Assembly: GCA_035479935.1 (NCBI GenBank)
Contig: DATIIF010000040.1
Coordinates: 1 to 30,233, forward strand
Origin: Patescibacteria group bacterium
GTDB taxonomy: Bacteria > Patescibacteriota > Saccharimonadia > Saccharimonadales > JACOTW01
Direction of reading: 5' to 3'
Length of the DNA stretch: 30,233 nt
The notes under the pieces are model-generated. The model saw only the letters and a program-made list of their open reading frames with translations. It made no database searches and was not told the origin of the DNA. Position numbers and translations under genes: made by a program. Positions 1 to 9,210 of this stretch are shown here, piece by piece. How positions within the stretch are numbered: position 1 is the stretch's first letter; each line of letters opens with the position of its first letter.

Positions 1-1077
1 AACCAGTACCAACGCCGAAACAAACTTATTACTAATTAATCCCTTACTCTGCCCGACGATTATCAGCACAATAGAGAACTCACTAACTTGGGCTAGTGCT
101 ACCGAAGCCTTAAAGCTGGTGCGTTTGGTATAGCCCAAAAAACCCATCACAGTCATGGCGACTATAGGTTTCACGACCACGGCAATAATAATCGCCCAGA
201 CAATAATCCAGAACATCGAGCCTAAGTGTGTAAACTGCAGGTTCGAACCAAGTGATATGAAGAATACGATCAAAAAGAAATCACGCAGCGGCCGCAAGCG
301 GGCACCAATTTCTTGGGCATAGGGCAGAGGGGCCAAGCTGATGCCGGCCACCAACGCACCGATTTCTGAGCTAAGCCCGATTTTGGCAAACATTGCCGCG
401 CTGCCCAGTCCCCAGGCGATGGCAAACAAAAACAAAAACTCCTGACTGTCGGCAATTATCTTATGAAACTGCGGCAAAACCTTGTAGCTGATTACATATA
501 TTAGCCAGCCGACAATTCCAGCTTTTATAACTAATCCAAAAAGAGACCCGAAAGCCAATGTTTGATGGCCGGTAGTGGCCGAAGCTATGACAACTAGCGC
601 AATAGCAATAATGTCCTGAACCAGCGATACGCTTATTGCAACTTTGCCGTAGAGCCGGGCCTGTTCCTTCTTATCGCTTAAAAGCTTAATAATAATTATG
701 GTGCTGCTGACCGCCAAAGAGGCGCCCAAAAACAGTGATTCATTATGATTTAAGCCAAACATCGAGCCGACAATCCAGCCTAAGATTGTAATTACGGCTA
801 CTTGAGTTACACCGACGGCTGTAGCCGTACGACCAACGTCTTTGACTACTTTTGGATTAAGCCCAAGGCCGATAATAAAAAGCAGCAAAGCAATGCCGAT
901 ATCTGAAAAAAGCGTCAGTGTAGCCGGCGATTTAGCTACATGTAGTACGGCCGGCCCGACTATAATACCGGTGATGATGTGGCCGATTATTAACGGTTGA
1001 CCAATAATGCGCATGATAAGCGCCACTGCCGCGCCGATGGCGATAATCAGACTTAATCCAGAAAAAATATTATCCAT
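1..1077 (-). CDS. CPA2-family cation:proton antiporter (KefB/KefC-like), 3' end runs off the window
   Basis: Absent from the ORF track because it has no stop in the window. Manual translation from ATG 1077 gives MDNIFSGLSLIIAIGAAVALIMRIIGQPLIIGHIITGIIVGP...LAVSSTIIIIKLL...LVQDIIAI...LAQVSEFSIVL, with CPA2 signature segments and many TM helices. It starts 3 nt after the NRAMP stop. Confidence 0.85.
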   Translation of the reverse strand, partial: MDNIFSGLSLIIAIGAAVALIMRIIGQPLIIGHIITGIIVGPAVLHVAKSPATLTLFSDIGIALLLFIIGLGLNPKVVKDVGRTATAVGVTQVAVITILGWIVGSMFGLNHNESLFLGASLAVSSTIIIIKLLSDKKEQARLYGKVAISVSLVQDIIAIALVVIASATTGHQTLAFGSLFGLVIKAGIVGWLIYVISYKVLPQFHKIIADSQEFLFLFAIAWGLGSAAMFAKIGLSSEIGALVAGISLAPLPYAQEIGARLRPLRDFFLIVFFISLGSNLQFTHLGSMFWIIVWAIIIAVVVKPIVAMTVMGFLGYTKRTSFKASVALAQVSEFSIVLIIVGQSKGLISNKFVSALVLV

Positions 1078-1080
1078 AGT

Positions 1081-2451
1081 TTAAAAAAACGAGAATATGG
1101 CTGCTCCGCCGGCCAATACCATTAAAGTAGTTACTGCCCAACCAAACAGCGTTGTAGAGCGCCTATTTACCCAGTCACCCATAATGTGCTTACTGCTGCT
1201 GATAATGACTATCAAAGCCAAAATCAACGGTGCCACAATGCCGTTAGCTACAGCCGAATAAATCAACGCTTTAATAGGATCTATCCCCAAAAAATTAATA
1301 GCCAAACCGATGATTACAGATATGATAAGCACGCCGTAAAATGCATGGGCCTGCTTGAGCTTGCTAGATAGACCACCGCGCCATTTTAAGCTCTCTGACA
1401 CTGCGTAGCTGGAAGAACCGGCTAAAACCGGGATTGCCAATAGGCCCGTGCCAATAATGCCGATAGCAAACAGAAAGTAAGTTGAGTTGCCGGCGAACGG
1501 TCGCAGCGCCTCGGCTGCCTGGGCAGCACTTTGAATATGGGTAATACCCTGGGGAAAAAGGATTGCGCCGCAGGCGGCGATGATGAAGAACATAACTAGG
1601 TTAGACAACAGCATACCGCTCCAGACATCCAGGCGCATCTCGCGGATTGCTTTCGGGTCCGAACCCTTACGGCTGGCTAGGGTTTTTTTGCCATCAGCAA
1701 TTTCGACTTCGATCTCCTGAGAAGTCTGCCAAAAGAATAAATACGGCGAAATCGTGGTACCCAAAATAGCGCAAATTAAGACAATCTGCTCCTTATTCCA
1801 GTGTATAGACGGCACAACAGAGCGGTGTAGCACATTGCCCCAATTCAAATGGGCCAGGATGGCCGAAGCCACATAAGCCAGCAAAATCAGCGCTAGCCAC
1901 TTTAAGTAACGGGCATAACGAGCGTAGGGAAGATAAATTTGTAGGATTAAGCTGAAAAGCGCAAAAGCGATAACTATCAGGTAAAAGTTGGCTCCGCCGC
2001 GCAACAACTGTACGGCTTTGGCCATAGCGCCTAAATCAGCACCGATGTTAAAAGCGTTGGCAGCAAATAGTAGAATAGTGCAGGTATATAGCACTCTTTT
2101 GGAAAAATGGGTACGGATGTTGCCTGCCAGCCCGCGCCCGGTAACAATGCCAATGCGGGCGCACATTTCTTGCACTAGCGCCATCAAAGGGAAGGTCACT
2201 ACAGACAACCACAGCAGCTGGAATCCATACTGGGCGCCGGTTTGTGAATAGGTTGCAATACCGGAAGGATCGTCGTCAGAAGCGCCCGTAGTCAGCCCTG
2301 GACCCAAAATATTCCAATACTGCCGAGTTTTTTTGACGGTTTTGCCATTCGGAAACGCCCGGGCCGCATGTTCGGTTTTGGTGACAGTAGCATCCAACAC
2401 TGTTGCCGGTGCAGCCGCAATTTTTTCAATTATGTCTTTGTCTCGGCTCAT
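1081..2451 (-). CDS. NRAMP-family divalent metal cation transporter
   Basis: LGPGLTTGASDDDPSGIATYSQTGAQYG TM1 motif, QEMCARIG, GTTISPYLFFWQ and about 11 hydrophobic segments. Confidence 0.9.
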   Translation of the reverse strand: MSRDKDIIEKIAAAPATVLDATVTKTEHAARAFPNGKTVKKTRQYWNILGPGLTTGASDDDPSGIATYSQTGAQYGFQLLWLSVVTFPLMALVQEMCARIGIVTGRGLAGNIRTHFSKRVLYTCTILLFAANAFNIGADLGAMAKAVQLLRGGANFYLIVIAFALFSLILQIYLPYARYARYLKWLALILLAYVASAILAHLNWGNVLHRSVVPSIHWNKEQIVLICAILGTTISPYLFFWQTSQEIEVEIADGKKTLASRKGSDPKAIREMRLDVWSGMLLSNLVMFFIIAACGAILFPQGITHIQSAAQAAEALRPFAGNSTYFLFAIGIIGTGLLAIPVLAGSSSYAVSESLKWRGGLSSKLKQAHAFYGVLIISVIIGLAINFLGIDPIKALIYSAVANGIVAPLILALIVIISSSKHIMGDWVNRRSTTLFGWAVTTLMVLAGGAAIFSFF

Positions 2452-2798
2452 TTTTTAGCTCTATTTCTCTTGAGTACAACTCCAGAGATACCAACTACCA
2501 CCAATGCTCCAGTTAAATCTAACGGTGTGTAAATTGCAGTATCAATACCTCTTAAATTGCTAAAGTATTTCCACTGAATGAAATTCCAATAGTAGCCATA
2601 CTTTAAGTCGCTTGTTTCTGCACATTCTGCAAATCTTGCATCTAAAGAATTAACTCCTAGATTACTACAGTAGCTAGGAAATATTCGCCTGGATACACCG
2701 ATCTTCAGGCCTCTATTTTGAATGACAGAAAACAAGCCAATCACTAGATAGATTACAGCTAGCGCTAGTATTAATTTTGTAATGTTGAAGCCATGCAT
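2448..2798 (-). CDS. Hypothetical membrane protein (two TM segments)
   Basis: 116-aa ORF with N- and C-terminal hydrophobic helices. Its TGA overlaps the NRAMP ATG (ATGA). No recognisable family. Confidence 0.55.
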   Translation of the reverse strand: MHGFNITKLILALAVIYLVIGLFSVIQNRGLKIGVSRRIFPSYCSNLGVNSLDARFAECAETSDLKYGYYWNFIQWKYFSNLRGIDTAIYTPLDLTGALVVVGISGVVLKRNRAKK

Positions 2799-2872
2799 CT
2801 TTTAGTTTTTTTGCCTTTAGCACTATGGTAGCGCCTGGCGCCCCTTTAGACAACTGTTTTAACTAAGTTCAA

Positions 2873-3565
2873 CTACTGTTTATTGGCTGGGTTGGCCCGG
2901 ATCTTCTGAGCCATTTCGGCGTTAATGATAGCCGCGAATTTATCCACGCTAACTCCAGTTGAGTCTACTAATTGATGGTTATCAATATATTTGCCGTCTA
3001 AAAAGAAAGTTGGCGTGGCCTGTTGCTGGCCAGTTTTTTGAAAGGCTGCCAGATCAGCGTTAATGGCGCTGTTTACTTTACTGCTAGAGTAATCAGTCGT
3101 GAACTTGTTAACGTCCAAGCCGATTTGTTGGGCGTAAGTCTTAAATATAGTTAGGGGATTATTAGAACTAGCCCATGACGTTTGATTGTCGTAGAGGGCG
3201 TCATGCATCTGCCAGTATTTGTTTTGCAGGCCGGCGGCTTCGGCTGCCCTGGCCGCCGCAAAAGCGTTAGGGTGGGCTGTCACAAGCGGTAGATTCCGGA
3301 ACTGGAAGTAAATGTCTTGCGAGAATTGAGCATAAACTTGCTTTAGCGGCTGATAATAAATCTCGCACACCGGGCATTGGTAATCACCATACTCAATCAG
3401 TGTTACGCCTTTTTTGCCTTGTCCTTCAATATGGCTGGTCGGCTGGTTACTGCTGCCACTGCTACTTGAATTGTTCTTATTGTTGCTTGATCCTTGTGCA
3501 ATCACAAAAATGCCAACAAATACAGCGGCCAACCCTGCCAGAATTGCTAAAAAGCGCTTATCCAT
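2873..3565 (-). CDS. DsbA-family thioredoxin-fold disulfide oxidoreductase, membrane anchored
   Basis: EYGDYQCPVC (CxxC), FRNLPL..HPNA..AARAAEAAG, ATPTFF cis-Pro loop, N-terminal TM followed by a Ser/Asn linker. Confidence 0.9.
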   Translation of the reverse strand: MDKRFLAILAGLAAVFVGIFVIAQGSSNNKNNSSSSGSSNQPTSHIEGQGKKGVTLIEYGDYQCPVCEIYYQPLKQVYAQFSQDIYFQFRNLPLVTAHPNAFAAARAAEAAGLQNKYWQMHDALYDNQTSWASSNNPLTIFKTYAQQIGLDVNKFTTDYSSSKVNSAINADLAAFQKTGQQQATPTFFLDGKYIDNHQLVDSTGVSVDKFAAIINAEMAQKIRANPANKQ

Positions 3566-3653
3566 ATGTTCGCAAAATTCTCCGTTTTATGTCCCTATCA
3601 TAACACGTGTAGTTGCTTTGCCGGGCTATCGAGCCATAGAGTAAGATAAAAGG

Positions 3654-4682
3654 GTGAAAGTAGCATTAGCAGTTGTTTTAGCGCTCATTTTCTTGATATC
3701 AATTATGCTTGAGAAAGTGCTGAGGGGAATACCGGTTAAAGAGTTAAGGCGGCGTGCAAGAAAGCACAAGGATAAAAAATTCGAGGCAATTTATAGACTT
3801 GCTGCCTTTGGCCGTTCTTCCGAGCTATTCTTGTGGCTAATTGGTGGGCTCAGCGCTGGCGGACTCGTTCTTATGGCTGTCGATACCGCGCGGTGGCTAG
3901 GATTGGCAGTAGTTTTAATCATTGTTTGGCTGGTATGGATGAGCAAACCGCTTGATCGCTCTTCCGGCTGGCTGTTTAAGTCGGCATCCTTGCTGGCGCC
4001 GCTTATAACGCCTTTTATTTCTTTTTTGCAACCAATTCTTAGTCACTTGACTCGACGAAAAAGTCATCGGAACGATGCTAGAATCTACGAAAAAGAAGAT
4101 TTGCTCGAGTTTTTAAAAATCCAGGCTCGCCAAGTTGATAATCGCATTGTGGATAAAGACTTAAAAACTGCCGCCAGCTCTCTTAGTTTTGGCGATAAAA
4201 CAGTCGGTAGCATCATGATACCGCGGCGCGAAATTAAGTGGGTGATGACTAGCGATCCAATCGGCCCAATGGTCATGGACGAGCTACACAAAACCGGCCA
4301 CACACGCTTTCCGGTAGTTAAAGAAATCATAAAATCTGGCAATCCCGAGATTGTTGGGGTGTTATATCTAAAAGACCTACTGGATCATCTGGAAGATAAA
4401 GGCCGCATCCGCGACATCATGTACCCGGGTATTAATTTTATTAACGAATCGCAAAATCTTCATGAAGCTCTTGATGGCTTTTTAAAATCCGGCCAGTATT
4501 TATTAATCGTAGTTAACAATTTTGAAGAAATCGTTGGGATGATAATTCTTGAAGATGTTCTAGAGCAAATTTTTGGCGAAAAAATTGCCAACGAATTCGA
4601 GCACTACGATGATATCCGTTCTGTTGCCAGCCAAGACGCCCAACAAACTGATAGTAAACCCGACAAACCTGGGGTAGAATAA
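3654..4682 (+). CDS. CBS-domain membrane protein (CNNM/CorC/hemolysin-like)
   Basis: N-terminal TM segments followed by a CBS pair: VGSIMIPRREI, GHTRFPVV, IVGVLYLKDLL, IVVNNFEEIVGMIILEDVLEQIFG. GTG start. Confidence 0.8.
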   Translation: MKVALAVVLALIFLISIMLEKVLRGIPVKELRRRARKHKDKKFEAIYRLAAFGRSSELFLWLIGGLSAGGLVLMAVDTARWLGLAVVLIIVWLVWMSKPLDRSSGWLFKSASLLAPLITPFISFLQPILSHLTRRKSHRNDARIYEKEDLLEFLKIQARQVDNRIVDKDLKTAASSLSFGDKTVGSIMIPRREIKWVMTSDPIGPMVMDELHKTGHTRFPVVKEIIKSGNPEIVGVLYLKDLLDHLEDKGRIRDIMYPGINFINESQNLHEALDGFLKSGQYLLIVVNNFEEIVGMIILEDVLEQIFGEKIANEFEHYDDIRSVASQDAQQTDSKPDKPGVE

Positions 4683-4687
4683 CACCT

Positions 4688-6001
4688 ATGGAACGAGTTT
4701 TGACGCGGGATGTGGCTAAGCATGCCGGTAAGGAAGTTACGCTTCGCGGATGGCTGCATAAAAAACGCCTAATTGGCGGGATTAATTTTATTTTGCTGCG
4801 CGACCGCGGCGGCTTGGCGCAAGTTGTACTGCAAGACGAAATCGAAGTCGAAAAGCTGCGTAATTTACACATCGGGACAGTGCTATTAATTACCGGTAAA
4901 GTGGTTGACGAGCCGCGTGCGCCGGGCGGCGCAGAAGTCCACGAGCCCAAAATCACAGTCGAGGTACCGGTAACCGAAGAACCGCTAATCGAAATCGACA
5001 AACCATTGAGCCATAAATCCGAAAATCTGGATACGCTTTTTGATAACCGCGTAATTGGCCTACGCAATTTGCAAGAGCAGGCCATCTTTAAGATCCAAGC
5101 CGAAGTCGAAGAAGCCATCAGCCGTTATCTAAAAAGCCAGGATTTTACGCAGTTCAACTCGCCAAAACTTTTGCCAGGCGCTACAGAGGGCGGAGCAGAG
5201 GTTTTTAAACTTGATTACTTTGGCAAAGAAGCGACACTAGCACAAAGCGCTCAGTTTTATAAGCAAATTATGGTAGGAGTTTACGAGCGTGTGTTTGAAA
5301 TTAATCCAACATACAGGGCAGAGCCGTCAGCCACCACGCGCCACATGACCGAGTATATAACTATTGATATGGAGATGGGCTTTATCACCTTCCCCGAATT
5401 ACTTAACACGTTAAGTAATTTGATCAATGCTGTAATAGATGGTGTTTGGCAAAAGTGTGAAGCAGAGCTCAAACTCTGGGATGCCAAAAAGCCAACTCTA
5501 ACTTCTGAATTCCCAGCTATGACTATGGCCGAGATTCACGAGAAGTATAGTAAAGAAACTGGCGAAGATACCACTAAGGAACTGGATCTAATTCCGAATG
5601 AGGAGCGCTGGATTTGCGAATACTCTGCTAAGAATCTAGACTCCGAGGCGATTTTTGTGACTGAATGGCCGGAGGCCGATGCCAAATTTTACCACAAATT
5701 ATATGAGGATAAACCTCAGCTGGCCGAACGGGCCGACCTGCTCTTCCGTGGTATTGAAATTGCTACTACTAGTATGCGGGAGCATCGCTATGATGTGTTA
5801 GTCAAGCAGCTGAAAGAAAAGATAGGTGCTAGCCCTGACGATGCGGGCTATAAATATTTCTTACAGGCTTTCAAATATGGTATGCCGCCGCATGGCGGTT
5901 TCGGCATGGGTTTGGAACGGCTGACCGAAAAAATCATCGGTCTTTCAAATGTCAAAGAAGCCACCCTCTTCCCCCGCGACATCAATAGATTGGCTCCGTA
6001 A
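4688..6001 (+). CDS. aspS: Aspartate--tRNA(Asp/Asn) ligase, archaeal-type non-discriminating AspRS
   Basis: 437 aa without the bacterial GAD insertion. OB-fold RGWLH...RAPGGAEV, motif 2 AQSAQFYKQ...YRAEPSATTRHMTE, motif 3 GMPPHGGFGMGLERL. Confidence 0.93.
   Translation: MERVLTRDVAKHAGKEVTLRGWLHKKRLIGGINFILLRDRGGLAQVVLQDEIEVEKLRNLHIGTVLLITGKVVDEPRAPGGAEVHEPKITVEVPVTEEPLIEIDKPLSHKSENLDTLFDNRVIGLRNLQEQAIFKIQAEVEEAISRYLKSQDFTQFNSPKLLPGATEGGAEVFKLDYFGKEATLAQSAQFYKQIMVGVYERVFEINPTYRAEPSATTRHMTEYITIDMEMGFITFPELLNTLSNLINAVIDGVWQKCEAELKLWDAKKPTLTSEFPAMTMAEIHEKYSKETGEDTTKELDLIPNEERWICEYSAKNLDSEAIFVTEWPEADAKFYHKLYEDKPQLAERADLLFRGIEIATTSMREHRYDVLVKQLKEKIGASPDDAGYKYFLQAFKYGMPPHGGFGMGLERLTEKIIGLSNVKEATLFPRDINRLAP
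5397..5420. repeat. Dispersed palindrome copy (inside aspS)
   Basis: AATTACTTAAC-AC-GTTAAGTAATT, perfect 11-2-11. Confidence 0.8.
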
Positions 6002-6011
6002 ACGTCTGAAT

Positions 6012-6779
6012 ATGAAAAATCGAGCTGTCATTTTTGATATTGACGGCACTGCTATCAATTCGCCTCAACAAAAAACACCATCGCAACGTTTGATTAATGC
6101 AATTAGAGAAATTGAAGATTCTTATTATGTTTGTGCGGCAACAGGACGGGTATGGCCCTTTGCCAAAGATATTCTTCAGGCCTTGAACCTGGTTGATCCA
6201 TGCATCATTTCTGGGGGCACTCAAATATGTAATCCAGCTGATGGAGAGATACTTTGGCAGTCCGATCTCGATCCAGCTGATTTTGAAACTGCTCTTAATA
6301 TCATGAAAGAGTATCCAGACTACTTAGTTATATATAACGAATACACCGAAGAAGATTATTTACATGGTGGAACATCGCCCAATGAAGTTAAGGTTAGTGG
6401 TCCAGTCTATATCTTGGAGCAAAAATTTATACCTAAATCAGTGGCACCAGAATTAGTTGCCAAATTATCAACTATTGAAGGCATTGCTTGCACGTTAGTA
6501 ACCGCCCAGAAACCTGGAGTAGTTGATATTCATGTCACTAATCGCGATGCTACTAAAGAACATACCATCGCGAAATTGCTGGAGATAATTAAAGTGGACA
6601 AAAAGAATACCATTGGCATCGGCGACGGCTATAATGATATCCATCTATTTAAAGCGGTGAATCATAAAGTGGCTATGGAGAATGCCGAAGCAGAACTAAA
6701 AGCAAGGGCCGATGAAGTAATCGGTCATGTATCAGACGATAGCTTTGCTCGTTATTTAGAAAGACTTGCAGGTAAATAA
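6012..6779 (+). CDS. HAD-IIB (Cof-type) phosphatase
   Basis: IFDIDGT (DxDGT), AATGR and GDGYND motifs. ATG 6012 is preferred over the track start at 5949, which overlaps aspS. Confidence 0.9.
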   Translation: MKNRAVIFDIDGTAINSPQQKTPSQRLINAIREIEDSYYVCAATGRVWPFAKDILQALNLVDPCIISGGTQICNPADGEILWQSDLDPADFETALNIMKEYPDYLVIYNEYTEEDYLHGGTSPNEVKVSGPVYILEQKFIPKSVAPELVAKLSTIEGIACTLVTAQKPGVVDIHVTNRDATKEHTIAKLLEIIKVDKKNTIGIGDGYNDIHLFKAVNHKVAMENAEAELKARADEVIGHVSDDSFARYLERLAGK

Positions 6780-6782
6780 TTA

Positions 6783-7709
6783 ATGAGTAATAAAATACTG
6801 GTTACCGATAGTCTTTTCATTTTTAACGAACACGTTAAACAGCTAGAAGCGGTGGGCTATGAAGTAGAACGACTGGATAAGCCGCGCGCCAGCGAAGAAG
6901 AATTATGCCGGGCAGTAAAGGGGAAAATAGGCTACATCTTGGGAGGCGTCGAACAAGTTACCGAAAAAGTAATAGATGCTGCCGACGACCTCAAGGCAAT
7001 TGTCTTCACTGGGATAGATTACAAAAATTTTATTCCAGGCTGGAAATTAGCTACAGAGAAGAGCATCGCCATAGCGAATGCCCCAGATGGTCCCACACAG
7101 GCTGTTGCTGAATGGGCAATCGGCGCCACACTCTTGATGAATCGAGGGTTTTTAGAACTTGGCCATACCGGGAACAAAAATTTTGCAACCACAAAAGGTA
7201 TCGAAAACCAAGCTATTGGGATCATTGGCTTCGGTCGAATCGGGAAACGGATTGCTGAAATGTTGAAGCCTTTTAATTCTAAATCCATAAGTTATTGGAG
7301 CCCTCATACACGGGACACGACCGGCTTAGCTAGCTACGCAGAGTTGGACCGACTCTTAAGTGGGTCTGATATTTTATACCTAGCTGTGCCAGCTGGCGCT
7401 GAAAACTTACTTGAGCAAAACATGATAGAAACAATAAAAGAAGGTTCTTTACTGGTAACTTTTACTCATGGCAAGGTTATAGATGAAAAAGCGCTGCTTA
7501 AAAGACTGGAAAATGGCAGTATGCGAGCTATCTCGGATAATCCAATTGAAAACGAAGCCTTTAAAAAACTGCCTTTAAATACTTGGTTTTGTTTTAATGG
7601 GTCTAATGCTTTCAACACAGAAACCGAAATTAAAATGACTAGTGATATGGTAATAAGATCTCTATTAAATCTTCTAAAAACTGGCAATGACACCTACAGA
7701 GTTAACTAG
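6783..7709 (+). CDS. D-isomer-specific 2-hydroxyacid dehydrogenase-like NAD(P)-binding protein (divergent active site)
   Basis: IANAPDGPTQAVAEWAIG, Rossmann GIIGFGRIG, LDRLLSGSDILYLAVP. The canonical Arg and His positions appear substituted. Confidence 0.85.
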   Translation: MSNKILVTDSLFIFNEHVKQLEAVGYEVERLDKPRASEEELCRAVKGKIGYILGGVEQVTEKVIDAADDLKAIVFTGIDYKNFIPGWKLATEKSIAIANAPDGPTQAVAEWAIGATLLMNRGFLELGHTGNKNFATTKGIENQAIGIIGFGRIGKRIAEMLKPFNSKSISYWSPHTRDTTGLASYAELDRLLSGSDILYLAVPAGAENLLEQNMIETIKEGSLLVTFTHGKVIDEKALLKRLENGSMRAISDNPIENEAFKKLPLNTWFCFNGSNAFNTETEIKMTSDMVIRSLLNLLKTGNDTYRVN

Positions 7710-7735
7710 CGGCATCAACCGCCTCACTCCATAAT

Positions 7736-8593
7736 ATGAGCTGGTTATTATTAACTTTTTTGTCTGTAATATCTCGCTCAATTTACGGCGTACTCACAAA
7801 GATTCTTTCAAATCAAGTAAAGACGTCTGTTTTCACTCAGGCGGCGCTTTTATCATTTGCGGGCGGTTTAATATCACTGCTAATCTCTCCGTTACTTGGA
7901 GGGCTAAGTGCTGATTTTTCAAAAGTCAGTCTCACAGTTGTTGCTTTTGTAATATTAGGGCAAGGTTTAGGAAATATAACTTATTTCCAGGCTATTAAGA
8001 AGCTTACCAATGGAACGGCACAAATCGCCTTTTCCTCGATTCTTGTTTTTAACACATTTCTTTCATTAATTTTCCTAAATCTTCACCTAACTCCAGTAAA
8101 TGTTTTTGGCGTCATTCTATTAATGCTCGCGATACTGAGCGTTACTAACGGTAAAGTTGAATTCAATAGAGAAGGAGTGCTTATGATGATATTCGCAGCC
8201 TTTTTATTTTCGGTTTTCCAACTTTCGAGTGCTAAGTTGTCAAAGCAAGTTGGAGCTACTACTTACCTGTTAATTGCTTATTTTGGCGCAGCTCTTGTCG
8301 TTTTTGCTTTGAAAACAAAAGTAATTGTTAAGGACTTAGCTCTACCTGATAGAAGATCAACTCTAGGATTGCCTTTGATAACAGCTGTACCAAGCTTAGG
8401 AAACTTTGCTTTTGCCTACTATGCTTATCGCGATGCGCCGCAACCAGCTAAAGTGGCAATGCTCTTGACCTCGCAGGTAGTGCTTACCGTATTTCTTAGC
8501 TATGTTTTCCTGAAAGAAAAAGGCCATTTTTGGCCAAAGGTCATCGCAGCGGCCTTAGTTGTTATTGCAGCAGTGCTAATCAAACGGGGATAA
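7736..8593 (+). CDS. EamA/DMT-family transporter
   Basis: 285 aa, about 10 TM helices in two repeats, C-terminal FLSYVFLKEK motif. Confidence 0.85.
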   Translation: MSWLLLTFLSVISRSIYGVLTKILSNQVKTSVFTQAALLSFAGGLISLLISPLLGGLSADFSKVSLTVVAFVILGQGLGNITYFQAIKKLTNGTAQIAFSSILVFNTFLSLIFLNLHLTPVNVFGVILLMLAILSVTNGKVEFNREGVLMMIFAAFLFSVFQLSSAKLSKQVGATTYLLIAYFGAALVVFALKTKVIVKDLALPDRRSTLGLPLITAVPSLGNFAFAYYAYRDAPQPAKVAMLLTSQVVLTVFLSYVFLKEKGHFWPKVIAAALVVIAAVLIKRG

Positions 8594-8613
8594 TACTTAA
8601 CTTGTTAAGTATT
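8592..8613. repeat. Dispersed palindrome copy at the convergent EamA/phosphatase junction
   Basis: AATACTTAAC-TT-GTTAAGTATT. It overlaps both stop codons. Confidence 0.85.
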
Positions 8614-9186
8614 TAGCTTAACTCCGTCAACCTCATGCAAAATATACGAGTCGTTCGCAACTGAGATATTAGCATAAGCACAATCGCCAATTTCAATTTC
8701 ACCTTCTTTTAGAATTTCTCGAAAAATATAGCGAATAGGTCCACCATGAGTTACGACTGCAGCGGTGGAATACTTACCAGTGTCTATCTTTTGCAGAGCT
8801 TCACGAATTCTTATGCCGAAACTATTATAATCTTCACCTTCAGCAACAGTAGAATGTTCATCAGCTAATAGTAATACTTGATCAGGAAACTTTTGTTTTG
8901 CCTCTTCTTTTGTAAGCCCAGTCAGTATCCCATAACGATTCCGTTCTCTAAAATTATCGATAGTTGTTAACGGTATGTTAATAGTGCGTCTTACAATTTC
9001 AGCTGTTTCCTTAGCTCTTATTTTTGGGCTGCAGTAAATGATTCCTATGTTCTTATCTGCTAATTTTCTAGCGACCCCTTCAGATTGCTGTTTGCCTAAA
9101 TCAGTTAGGTGGTCGTCATAATCCCCGCCGTATCTATTTTCAATATCACCAGTTGTTTGCCCGTGCCTTACCAAATAAATATTCAT
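8605..9186 (-). CDS. Histidine phosphatase (phosphoglycerate mutase family)
   Basis: YLVRHGQT, SPKIRAKET, FRER, VVTHGG motifs. Confidence 0.9.
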   Translation of the reverse strand: MNIYLVRHGQTTGDIENRYGGDYDDHLTDLGKQQSEGVARKLADKNIGIIYCSPKIRAKETAEIVRRTINIPLTTIDNFRERNRYGILTGLTKEEAKQKFPDQVLLLADEHSTVAEGEDYNSFGIRIREALQKIDTGKYSTAAVVTHGGPIRYIFREILKEGEIEIGDCAYANISVANDSYILHEVDGVKLNT

Positions 9187-9210
9187 TAATCTGGATTATA
9201 CGCTCAAAAA

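Noticed and set aside
3440-3490. Low-complexity Ser/Asn/Thr stretches (dsbA linker; also the C-terminus of 22271-22900)
   Set aside because: Ordinary flexible linkers, not tandem DNA repeats or phase-variable tracts.
5949-6011. Track N-terminal extensions (HAD from 5949, SGNH from 11682, 15125, murC from 21623, 21559, murJ from 25361)
   Set aside because: They overlap neighbouring genes or promoters. Downstream ATGs fit the family N-termini and, where visible, the -10 or SD spacing.
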